NCBI GenBank assembly: GCA_002633005.1
Contig: NMRA01000004.1
Span: 2,286,392 to 2,350,391, forward strand
Direction: 5' to 3'
Length of the DNA stretch: 64,000 nucleotides
Source of the DNA: Phoronis australis
Lineage: Eukaryota; Animalia; Phoronida
Shown piece after piece: positions 41,254-53,152 of this stretch; the stretch's first letter is position 1, and every line of letters starts with the position of its first letter. The position numbers and the translations under genes were made by a program. The notes below the pieces were generated by a model. The model worked only from the letters and a program-made list of their open reading frames with translations, did not search any database and had not been told where the DNA came from.

Positions 41254-43079
41254 GATGGTACATTCGCCAGGATTTGCTTAAAAGATAATTTCGATGAATT
41301 TTCAAGTTCCATGTCTCATTAAAAGCATGGGCGATTTGAGTGATGATACATGCATTTAATTTACAATCTATTATCGAGATGAACGATATATGCCTGCAAA
41401 TCAGTTAAAATCTTCATAGTTAATATGTCGAACAATTAAGCAGATATGACAAATTATGATAACCAACTATAATAATAATGTGTGGATACCTTTTTATTTC
41501 CAATAGCAAATCAAATTAAATCCTGAATGAGATTGACCGACAACTTGTGCTTGATTAGTGCTTTTATGTTTGTTTAATGCCTGTCTGTCTGTCGTGTCGT
41601 CTCTCTCGTAGCATCATTCATACAACTGCGCAGTGTATTTCCCACATATTAAACAGAACTACTAACTAACAAATTCGCTCTCCGTATACCATTCGAGTCA
41701 CAAAGTAAATCCTAGGTGTTAACCCTACTTCAGAAAGCAGATATAAATTAGGAAGGGGTTTTGCGTTCTTTTAATATCATAATGCTTTTTAATGGTATCT
41801 GCAAAATTAAATGAACATGATATGTTGATGTACTTAACAACAAGGCATCCGATAATCGATTGGCAACTAGTGACTATGAAATCACTCTGTCAGAGCAAGG
41901 AGAACGAATATGTCATCGGCTGATGTGTCACCTTCCATCCTAATACACGTGCAACAGTGGGACGTTCATTAATAAAATATAATACCAAATATAGTGCCTC
42001 GTCAGAGGTACAAAAACATAACTGATTCTATATTAAGAAAATCAGATACATAAAGGGGGCGACAATTCGTCTCATTACTTTGTATCGATATTGAATCTCG
42101 TTCTGGAGGGCGGCAATTTAAGTGAGAGTTCACGACATAAATTGTCCACCAGAGACAATTAATGCCAATGGCGGCAATTTATATTGCAGCACTCGCACAT
42201 CTCAGGTTAAAGGTGCCTGTGCCTTCTGAAAGCGTACATGTAATTCCTCCGTCAGTCACTGCCTGCAATTTTGAATAGACGTCACTGACCGTTAAACTCG
42301 TATTTACGTTTACGGTCCTGCTCTACACAACTCGAAGTGTCTTTATGGGATCCAATCGGTAGACATGCAATGTCTCAAGTAAAAGAACACAACAGACTTA
42401 CGTTTAAACACAGCCATCGTATCACCTACCCTCTTGTTAGGTGGCACAGCGAGGGAGTGTAACTTTAATTAGCGTTTTAGAAAAAGCGGACTACTGCTTT
42501 GGCGCCACTGCATTTGGCTTTGTCAAAAACTCTTCGATCGATGTTTGGTTCTTTCACGGAATAACTGAAAACACAAGTCACGCACGTCTTCCAAACTTTC
42601 AAAGTACAGTGTACATATAAGCTATTATAATAAGTCTTTGATTTTAAATGTTAATACGTTATGTTTTCGTGTATGTCATTTTAACCTCATGCCTTACTAT
42701 CCAAGCATTTAAAACGTCAACGACCATGTAATAAACAACTCGGTTATGCAGTGGGTGATATGGGAATTCAACAATAACATCCAGGTTTCTCTTAAAATAA
42801 CTACTTAATGATAAGAAAGGTGTCGTTTCATAAAATATTATAACATTAATATTGTTGGGGGTTTTGACGTGAAGCCCCCTTTACTATCGTCGTATCTGTC
42901 TGTCGGCGGCCTGCTAGGAATGAAATTACAAGTTAAATCTGAAATCTAGTTGGCACAGGACTGCATTTGATATACTACACCCACGTGGACAGTCATGTGA
43001 TCGAAAGTACAATCGTCACATGATTGAACAGCAGAGGTATTTTGGTTATCATTTTTGTCTCAGCATCTGCCCCGGCACC

Positions 43080-46000
43080 ATGATTACATTCACTCTTCTA
43101 GTTTGCGCTTCCCTTTTCGCTGTTGGTAAGTTTTTTCCTGCTTGCGTTCAGTGCAATGAACTATCGTTTGATTTCAAGCTCTTGATGTTCTATATTGTGT
43201 TTTTTATTTTTTTTTTTGAGTTTTTGTGGGCAAAAACTGATACCGTTACGCGAATAGTTTAAATTTAGATTTCTCTTGTATCTACAGATTTATTGTTGCC
43301 GTTTAGAAAACGTGACACACATATGCAATTTAATGGTTATCGGTGCAAGCCTTAGTAGTCATATATGAGCTTCTTGTGACTTTTGATACTTTAGCTAGCA
43401 CATCCTTCTTGTCATTTTTTTCTCTGCGATGTTTCACTTGCCCCTTGCCCCCTCCTTCCCTTACCTAGATCAAGGCTTTCGAAAATTGGTTAGCGTAATC
43501 GTTCTATAATTAATAATTGCTTTAGGTTCATCGCAGAAAGTTTTGCCAGTTGGGACCATCTACACCACACCAGATGTCCAGAGATTTGCACCAAAAGCAC
43601 AGCATGTATTTGTTGCCAGCACGTGCGGCAACTTCAATGGTTTTGATGTCAGTGTGGGAATAATGCTGTTCCACAACCCAGACTGGAGGATTAGCCAGGG
43701 TGTGGTCAGGTTCTACGTAACCGACTTTGAACCATCTTCAGGGATGGTATGTTCGATTGAATTTCGCGGATCAAAACTTCTTGTGTCAGGTATTTTAGGT
43801 GTAATTACAACAGGTTGTGCCAAAATCTTATGGAAAACACATCACTCGAATGTTACTGAGTACAATACATTAGCGCTGTAACATCGGAATTGAACAGCTT
43901 ATAGCAGAAGACAAAAATACCTTCTGGAATATTGCCAGTGTTTCGGTTTCATACATTGACGGATGAGTTATTTATATAACCGCCACTACCAATAACACAC
44001 AGTGTGACTCATGGATTATGGATTGTTACATATTCCTTTGCCATAGTTGGTTTTGGCTTCGTTGCAAATTTTACAAGCTACATGTGCATGTCATATGACA
44101 TTTGATTTTTTTTTGTTGGGACGGTTGGTAGTTCCCGATCTTGATCATTTGTGTACACTGAGTTTCAGTTTCATAACCATTCGCATGCAATAACGTGTCC
44201 TTTGGTTTGGACTCGAGCGGACTTATTGTCTTCACCGATTTTTCCCGTCCCTATGCATGTTTCGTCTTCCAGTCTGGGTCTATGGTTTAATCATTGTACT
44301 CGAAATCGAACTTGACATGTTGTTTCCTACTTTTGTTTATTTAGTGATCGAGGTACTTATGCCATCGATTCCATATACCATTCTTCAAGTCGTATGCCAC
44401 ATGTGTAAACGGTAAATGATAATATTAACGTTTAAAATATACTTACGCTTATACCCACAGATAATGTACATGTGGCTATACGCATATGCATATGTATATG
44501 TTGTTCCTGTCCCNCACCCCCTCGGCCCCCGTAATGCGCCAGTAATGATCACTCATCGGCGCAAACCGTGATTCAATCTAAGCAGAATAATGGACACTTA
44601 TCTTGAGCTCGCACAAATGTAGAATGGAAAAGTCAAAAATAATTTTGAGTTCCATTTCGAATACAAAGGACCATGGTTTTGCATGCAAAAACGCCAGAAC
44701 CCAGTTATTTTACTCCTTTACTTTACACCTTGAGTGTTATGACTATTTGGGCGAAATCGGTGGGATAGATAGCCAAATCAAGTCAATTAAAATAACAGTT
44801 CGATTAATGTTTTCACTTTAGGCCATTCCAGCATCATCGATTTTATGCAAGAATGAGGCATTCCCCGGCGCCCAGCCTGAACCTAACTGCACAGCCACTA
44901 ACTGGGACGGAACCAAAAAGAAATTGTATGTAGTCACTACAAACGGAAATGTCGGAGGTATCGACTTCTCGGTTCTCGTGGAGTTCAAAGACTCCAAGCA
45001 AAATGTAAGTCATTTACAAGTCGCTGCACAAACAAGTAATGTCGGGACAAGACGTACGTGTACATGTAGATACATAAGTAGTTTGCGCGCTTGGATGGGC
45101 ACGAGCGTCAGTTCAAAAAAGTTGCTGTTTCCTGGAAAGACTGAACCCACAGAATTAATGTGGATTCCATTAGGTCAGGTGGCACCGTAATCGAACTTCA
45201 GTGTTATCTCTAAGCTATTTCAGTAAATTATAATACACGATCTCTGAGGAAACACGCCCTCATTACCTATTTAATTGTGTTGTCATGAATAGGCATTGTT
45301 AGCAGAAGGTTAGAGGTTCAAGTCCTGGTCGAGGCAAAAATCATTTCAAATTTATCTTTAGGTCACGTGATTTTCCAGCATAGTGCGGGTATTAGACATA
45401 TAATTCACATTTTACTCTTCATTTGTCATGTTCTAAGAACTGAATATGTAAAATTAATCTTCGAGGGGTTGTCGAATATACACACGTTTTTTAGACTGTA
45501 ACGCCTCAAGCTAATTTATAAACCGTTTAGATTAATTAAATTCTGCCATGGCGTCGTCCTTTTATCTGATTTAATCCAAGGACGAGGATGCTAGTATAAC
45601 AAAGTGAAAGTTGCTGTTTAAGAAGATAACTTCTCTCTGGTTGGTCAAATGGTATGTATGTACATTTGTCAGTACATTTGTTGGTTTCTTTATCTGAAGG
45701 TACTCACGTACAGTAAAGGATTCATACCGCCGTCTGGATTTGTTCAAGAAGTAGTATACGCGAACACCGCTCCAACCTATCTCGCTCAGACTGTAAAGAC
45801 GGAGGGCACTTTTTCGCTCTTATACCAGGAGAACTTGCTTCTGGAGTTTGCATTCTGTCCCGACGAAGGCACCACAAAACATTACGAAATAATCAGCACG
45901 GTGAATTTGTTATAAACCTCACTCTTTTCGTGTCAGTAAATCGAATTGACTATCGCAAGATTTGTACTAGAAAATAGCTTACTATAATCAAATCAGATAA

Positions 46001-47186
46001 GAATCGCTTATATATTAATGCGATTAAATTTTTCATCTATTTTAACGACGCAGTCGATAGCAGTATAATCTTCTTATTCTAACAATTATTCAAACGCATT
46101 CCATAATGCGCTTATTAAAGAGTTCATTGCTTTACCATGGGCGTCGCACCATAGGGGGCTGGGGGGCTATAGCTCCCACTTTTTTCAGTGCTGCGCCGCC
46201 CATGTTTACTGTACCATAGATAAACACGTTGTCTCAAGGAGAACATGCATTTCAACTTGGTCAATGATGAACATAACTGTACCCTTTACAATTTCATAAG
46301 GTTAAGTACTAATCTCTCCTTTGCATGGGTGCAACAAGAGACATAGTCGTCCCGCTGTATTATCAGACAATGACAATATTAAGCCGGTCCTAAATCGAAC
46401 TCTCTTCTGCAGTAGAGGGAGTAATATAAATTGCGTGACTAACAGTTTTTCAAAACGCTAGGTACTCCTTAGTTTCCTAATTTATTGGCGACGGTGTTAT
46501 GACTGAAAATGCAATATCATTATAGGGACAAATAAGTTCCTCAGCATTACAATGATAAATTTTCATATATGCGCGTATGTATGTATGTATGTATGTATGT
46601 ATGTATGTATGTATGTATGTATGTATGTATGTATGTATGCACGTTTGTATGCATATGTATATGCATATGTTTATGTCTATGTCTATGTGTGTATACATGT
46701 ATAAGTACAAAGTGTATACAAGTATATATTTATATTTAAAATTATATTTGCTTCTAAAGAAGCTGGACAAGTGGTTGACACGTGTTGCATCCTGGGGAAA
46801 TACCTTAGAATGGGAGTGGTAATGTGTTATTTTGGCACATGCCTATAGTACATCATGAGAAATACCATTGTTTATTCCCAGTTACATGTATGCAATAAAT
46901 TCTTATTCTATGCTGATGGCGCCATCTGTTTCAGATTTTTGGCACCGGAATTCACAGCGCATTCAACCAGTACCTCTGCAAGACATTGCCTTGTAATCCC
47001 GACAGCCCCAACGTAATCAACTCCAATCCAAACGAGGTCGCCCTGAACACAGCCGCCATGGTGACCACTATTGGTGACATCTCAAAGGTTTACGTCAGTG
47101 TCTACGGCTGGGGAGGCGACTACGAAACAACCTCACGAAGCTTCCGTGGACACTTCCAGTATGGTGCCTCACTTAACAGGATATAG
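43080..47186 (+). CDS. Uncharacterised secreted protein, 300 aa, 5 coding exons
   Basis: Exons 43080-43125 (MITFTLLVCASLFAVG, signal peptide), 43526-43746, 44822-45004, 45700-45900, 46935-47186. Sites are GT/AG, phases are compatible (1,0,0,0), and the joined frame is open for 903 nt. AATAAA at 47321-47326. Confidence 0.85.
46136..46204. mobile_element. 69-bp mini-MITE with 5-bp TSD
   Basis: CATGGGCGTCGCA / TGCGCCGCCCATG, flanked by TTTAC (46131-46135, 46205-46209). Confidence 0.8.
46575..46639. repeat. (GTAT)n tetranucleotide microsatellite
   Basis: About 16 perfect units in the last intron of the 300-aa gene. Confidence 0.97.
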
Positions 47187-47894
47187 AAAATGAGAGAGCG
47201 TGTGGGTTCATACTGAAGGAAATTCAAAATTCCAGTTACCCCCTGTCGCTTAGTGGTGTTAGACATATATTGTTAAGTTTACATAGCTGCTTGATTATGA
47301 CTGTGAGTGGCGTACATCATAATAAACCATAATCATCCAATAGAGATGACTCACTGTTGTCGATCTAATTCAAGGGAAACTTCAGCGTAAGTGTCACTGT
47401 TGACATAATTCTGATCTAAGATATGTACAGCAGACAACCGGGGGTGCGATACAAGGTGACAATGTCTCTGCCTTGTCGATTCAAATCATGTAAAACTTCA
47501 CTGAATGACTGTAGACATATTTTCTTGAGTATCGGACATTTAACATGATAATGTGTAAAATGGAAATCAAGGATGCTACTCAGTGTTCAATTCAATTTGA
47601 TTCAATTAGCTTAAACTATCCAGGCACGTAAACTGGTCAACATGGAGAAGATGTCATCAGACACGCATTTACGCTGAACCATGAAATAGCTGTGACTTGA
47701 AGAAATTATTAAGTGCGGTATCGTTTAATCAGATCTCCTTCATGACCAATGGTTTGTGTCAGTAAGCACGACAACAGGAAAACAACAAATGGATTCGAAA
47801 GTCAATTTTATTGCCAAACAACCAAGTTGTCACGAGAGTAAAACTGTAAGTACGAAGTGATGCTGGCTAAAGAGTGCACTTTACAATTGGCGTG

Positions 47895-50800
47895 TTATCC
47901 GTAGAGGTCCCCTGATTGTCCTGGACTGGCGAACGTTCCTAAAACAAAATATGCGACTGAGCAAAGCTTCCTTACCTGCAGTAACACTTGAATATCATGG
48001 AATGTTAATACATATTTTGTAGTGTGCCGGCGACGAATAATGTCGACACCAGTGTGAACATATGAAGTTTGAGTTTTACAAGGCGTAGGCCTGTACTGGG
48101 AAAAACGTATATTACCATAAGTTCAACCACGTCTACTGTATTGCAAAAACTTCAATGTCAGAAAAGGGTCAGTTCTAAGGAACCAAACGGTGACAGTTTC
48201 CTCAAGCCAGGACTTAGTCAACGTTCATGATCATTAGAATTCACGTGGAAACGAGCTTTTAAATGCATTGTATGTTAGCAGGCCCGTAGGAAGGCAAAAT
48301 TATTGGGGGGGGGGGGGCACAAACCATTTCGACGACGCCAAATAACTCCCCCATAGCCACCACCTCCGGGAAAAGGATAGTGTGTCCCAAATATGTACAC
48401 ACTTCCTGAACGCTTGCAGTTCAAATTCAATCCTTGTGGTTATCACTGAAAGTTTGCACGGCCTACTCCAAGGTTACATCTTATTTTTAACGTGGATACG
48501 TCAGTCAGGAAAAGCAATCAATTCAGTTTTGAAGAAAAAAATTACTCAATACTGCAGGAAACTAAAAACACCAAGGAACTGGGAAGGCAACCTTTCCAAG
48601 AAATGAGTTGAAATTTATTTATTTAAGGATTTTTAAAACGTCTTTTTCTATCTACGGTTTGTGTGTACGAATTTCATCAATGTCTTTGAAAGTTATTTTA
48701 GATAAGCAAAAATCGTCTAAGTGTACTTACTATTTGGGGATCGGATTATAGAGTTTTTCCAACTTCAGGCAGCAATTAAATTCACTGAATTATCATCAAT
48801 TCTTATAAGATTAGCTTCTAATTGTCAAAAATCATCTATGAATCTATCGATATTCGTAAATACATAAACAAGTAAATCAGAAACCAACGAATTTGTTTAT
48901 CAAACAGGAATGCTCTGCGCAATTTCCGCATGTATGCTCGAAGACTTTTGACGGGTAACCGGAGGAATATGGGAGATGAGGTATTCGTACATGTATTAAG
49001 TTGTGTTTTCAGAGGTACCTATAACGGTTCATGATGTAAACTTGAACTCCACTGACAAAAAACGTTAAAATCTTTGTTTATGAATGCGAGAGTTCCTTGA
49101 GTACCCCTTTTCCACATGTAAACTATCATCACAAATAGTAGCCCTGACAGCAGTGTTTCCACAAGTGAGAATTCCTTACAAAAAACTCATAGTAACCATA
49201 GTCCATTGGTATACTATTCTTGTGATACTACCGGAACGGAAACAGTAACATTATTTTATAACCAACCATCTGAAATAGTCCCTTTGTGTTTTTCATAAGT
49301 AGTGGTCTTCACCTTCTTTAAAATTCCACCCTTTCGATGGCGGCAATCCTACTGTATTTTTTCATTTTTTGATCAGTCAAATCATCGTTTAACGCATTAT
49401 TCTTAGAATCGTTTTCGTCAGTGACAAGAATTCGTATAAATCACTAGGGCTGATGAAAAAAATGAGATCCTTTATTACACCATTCGTTAATATTAATTCT
49501 TATCAACATCTTATAATATGTCATACCATTCTTAGAAATAGTCGATATTAATCTATTTTAAAAAATCATTTGTAATCAGTTTTATCAACCATAATTGATT
49601 GTGTGCACCTGTCGTGCACGCGCAAACATAGTGCCTGAGTACACTTGTCGTGCACGTGCAGATATACATGTATATAGAGGGACAAAGGGACATTCACCCC
49701 CAACTGCTCCACCGAGAGAGGGCACCGTCTGAAATGGGACACCTTAAGATGAAAGGCTAAAAATCATTAAGCTTGGAAAAAAGTGATCGTTCATTCCACC
49801 GTCGTGTGGTCCCAAAACGAGGCAGGGAGTGAGCTCCTTCAACATGAAAGCACGATTTCACAAAAAAACAGGAAAATAGAGATAATCGATTACAACACTG
49901 TGCCCTCTCTCCGTGAGCGGCCCCCTAAGAAAAACACAAAAGGTGGCCACTTGAATGTCATCAATGGCCTTTTTCAAGGGCGGGGCTCCTAAATATGAAA
50001 ATATGTGTACAGTATTTTCAAATATCAGGAAATTCTCAACAATTGATGTTATCTGTCAGGTCATCAATTTTACTCAAGTGATATACAGTTTCAAAAAAAA
50101 AATAAAGCGAAAGTTGTCTAAGTTATCCCTAACCATAGAGGGCCCTCTGGAAAAATATAGTTTTGCATTCGCCGGCAAAATTGACTTATTTAATTTAATC
50201 ATCCATTAAATTAGTACGCTCCGCAAAAGCTGCGCTTTACAAATTTTCTCGATATGTGTGCGTTTAGACGACCTGTGCTGCAAAAGCGAAGACACTAACG
50301 ACAGCGTCCTGGTAAAGGTCCTCAAAGGGTAAACCATGCACCGATGCAGATTTGTTAAATGTGCTCTTGAATTTTCTCTTTTATCCGTTTTTAGCAGTCT
50401 TTCTTTTGTCGACTGTCCCCGATACCATGCCTTTGTCGGTTTCCACGGTTTAACCTAGACGACTGAAAATTTGGGGGCCCGTGCTCCCCCGGCCCCCCAC
50501 TACCTACGGCCCTGGTTAGAACAAGACCAATTTGGAACAACCACGCAGGATTCTAAACCATCGTCTGATTTCTAACAAAGTAGTCTCAAACTAAATACAA
50601 AAGGCAGTCGTCGACGTGGTTGCTGAGGTGAAATCTAAATTACAGTATGATAATCTGATCGGAACATTGAGTAGGCTCGTCTGGAACTAGATTAAAAACC
50701 ATATTGCCGAGAACATTTTAAAAACCACATGGATTACGAAAACTGATGTTTTGCATAATTCGAGACAATCCATAGGAGTAACTGGAAAAGTGATGCACCA

Positions 50801-51137
50801 CTGTCTCTGTCGCTACTAATCTACTCTACTTGTTCCGATGACTAACACAGAAATCTTCAAGCACTTGACCTTTGTTTAAGTTAAATTAAACCTAACCAGT
50901 TTTGGTGCACTGTTTATGACTGCATCTTGCACTCGTCCGCTACACCTTATGCTTACCAGAACCATGATCTATCGTTAATTGTGGCCCGCTTTCTCCATTA
51001 CCATCTGCATCCCCTTTTGGTCTTTGTATTAACAAGGCGGACCCTTTATTCTTGAAGCGATTTTTCTTCTTCCTTGCATCTACATCAGAAAGCACAAGCA
51101 GTGAAATCAGCAAGATTGCTAGCCACGCCCGACGCAT
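47895..51137 (-). CDS. Secreted peptide precursor, paralog 1 (74 aa, C-terminus SGDLYG*)
   Basis: Exon 1 is 51137-50957 (181 nt, donor GTAAGC). Exon 2 is 47938-47895 (44 nt, acceptor ttttgttttag). Protein: MRRAWLAILLISLLVLSDVDA-RKKKNRFKNKGSALLIQRPKGDADGNGESGPQLTIDHGSGTFASPGQSGDLYG*. AATAAA on the minus strand at 47812-47807. Exon structure is identical to paralog 2. Confidence 0.82.
48279..50514. mobile_element. 2.2-kb non-autonomous DNA transposon with 5-bp TSD, in the intron of peptide paralog 1
   Basis: CAGGCCCGTAGGA ... ACCTACGGCCCTG TIRs, G-run and C-run subterminal tracts, TSD GTTAG (48274-48278, 50515-50519). Confidence 0.82.
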
Positions 51138-51221
51138 TCTGGATGGGATGAATGTCGAATTCAATAACCTGCTTGGCGTCAAACGCAAAAAAGATGTGTC
51201 TGTGTTATTGTGATGCCCTTC

Positions 51222-51232
51222 CACATATAAGG
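51222..51232 (-). promoter_or_regulatory. Candidate TATA box of peptide paralog 1
   Basis: CCTTATATGTGG lies about 90 nt upstream of the ATG. Paralog 2 has CCTTACATGTATAACT at a similar distance (about 62954-62969). Confidence 0.4.
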
Positions 51233-52990
51233 CAGTCGGATAGGTCTTCCAGACGCCCTGGTCATCTGACAGCGTGGGCATAATTTCAGTCCAACAGCTG
51301 ACGTTAAGTTGACTATTAACAAATTAAATAACACCTGGAACGTTTTCACTGCCCGCTGGTCTTCTTGGCCTGTCAAATCATCGAGTTGCATGACGTCTTT
51401 GTCAACAAAGTGGCTGATTGATCACATCCTGCAATGCATCCCATGGGCTCCCCTTCAATGCGTCCACAGTTTCCCAAATGTGGGAAAATTTGAGCTCTTT
51501 AATTTTCTAGCAAGCTAACACTAATTTGGGCGGAAAACACACAATATTGAGGGGATGTACATATATTCATTGGGATAGGGCCAATTTCCCCACCGAAGGC
51601 ACCTCCCCATTCTAATCCCGTGTCGATGGATTCTCTTTATGTGTAAGGAACTATACAGGAAGTCCCGCTTCGACAAAAGTTTACGAGAGGGTCTCACATT
51701 CTATTTAGGGTTGTTTTTAAAATGGCAAATGTCCGAAGAGCGACTTTCAAGTTGCGGTTATTCATAACTTGCTTTTTTAAAAATGCTGTCGGCTCGAGTT
51801 TGCAGGATCCATGCAATTGTTCTTATTGGCTATTCTGTGTACTACATGCGATGTGTACCTATACCGTAATCGTGCTTGAAATATCGAGACAAAGTTCAAA
51901 ATACCAAAAAAGCAACATCAGGAGTTATAACCAACCCAGACAAATAAGAAATCAATAATTAAGATTTATAACTGGAGAACCCACTATTGCCAATATTGAA
52001 ATAATAGGGATAAATGTGCACTTGAGGAATTAAAAGTCCTTGACATACCGTTGTTGCCAAGACATTTGTCAACAAAATCTAAACAAAAACAGGTCGCTTC
52101 AAGCATTCCATGCTTAATATTTTATATTTCCAAGTTCACAATGCTCACCAAGTGCTTAACATGAAGAAACAAGATCAGGAACATGGCATTGTAACTTATT
52201 TGAATGTATGTGTTCAGGCAAGACATTGTTTCACAAGTTTACATAGCAAAAAGACACCTTAAGCGCGGCGTGACTAACTCACGTATTTTACGTGCTCAAG
52301 ATGTCAATTTTCACGCACTTGCGTTATCCACAAACGGTGTGTTTGCATCTGATACTCTATTTCATTAAATTGTTCAAATAAGTGATATTTGGATTTAAAT
52401 GTTTTACCCAAATTTCCAATTATCTAATCATATTTGTGGTCGTGATTAAAACAGTCGACAGGAAACCTGTGGTAGTTGCTTAACTTACTCAGTGTTCAAA
52501 CACACGCTATTTGCTTAAGGAGGACAGGTGCAAATGTAGAACAAAATACTAAAAATGTCGTAGAGTAACGCGTATTTCTTCGTTACTGTGACCTTATCTG
52601 TTAATAACGACTCATTTCGTAATCACATTCTTTCTCGTAATAATTATTTCTTTTCGTAATATCAACTTTTTCTCATAATTCCAAGTTCCTTTCTCCAAAT
52701 AACACCTTCTTTCCCGTAATTACGCCTTTATCTCGTACGTATTTGCTGCAGTGATACCACTACCTCAGAATTACGCTGAGAACTATCCCGAGCTGTTCAA
52801 ATTACTGCTGGCGAGCTGTTGGTTATGGTCGTTTGTGTCGGCCTGACCGCCTTGTGGAGCACAACATTTATGGTTGTCCACTAAGTTTTGAACTATATAT
52901 ACGTATCTTCAAAGTGACAGATTAAAATTAAGTTTATGCTAGAATTTGAAAAAAATTCTAAAGCTGGTGTTCTTTTTGGTTAACAATTAT

Positions 52991-53152
52991 CAGGGACATG
53001 TGCAGGGTTTTGAGTTATAAGGGTGGGGGCAAGGCAGAGTATTAGCCAGGATTTTGTCCGTCAGACATTTGCACCCCCAAACTGCCAAATGGAATCCGAG
53101 AGAATTTTAGAGGGGGCATGGCCCCTTGGCCCCCCCTCTAAATCCGCCACTG
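52991..53152. mobile_element. MITE with CAG..CTG ends and 5-bp TSD
   Basis: Flanked by ATTAT (52986-52990, 53153-53157). Right end CTAAATCCGCCACTG; left TIR is degenerate. Confidence 0.65.

Noticed and set aside
46477-46822. ORFs with HTYI/CMYV repeats
   Set aside because: Translations of the intronic (GTAT)n microsatellite.
47971-47980. Strong donor-like CAG|GTAAGG on the minus strand as an extra exon of peptide paralog 1
   Set aside because: It would leave an intron of only about 37 nt before the acceptor, and it is not conserved in paralog 2.
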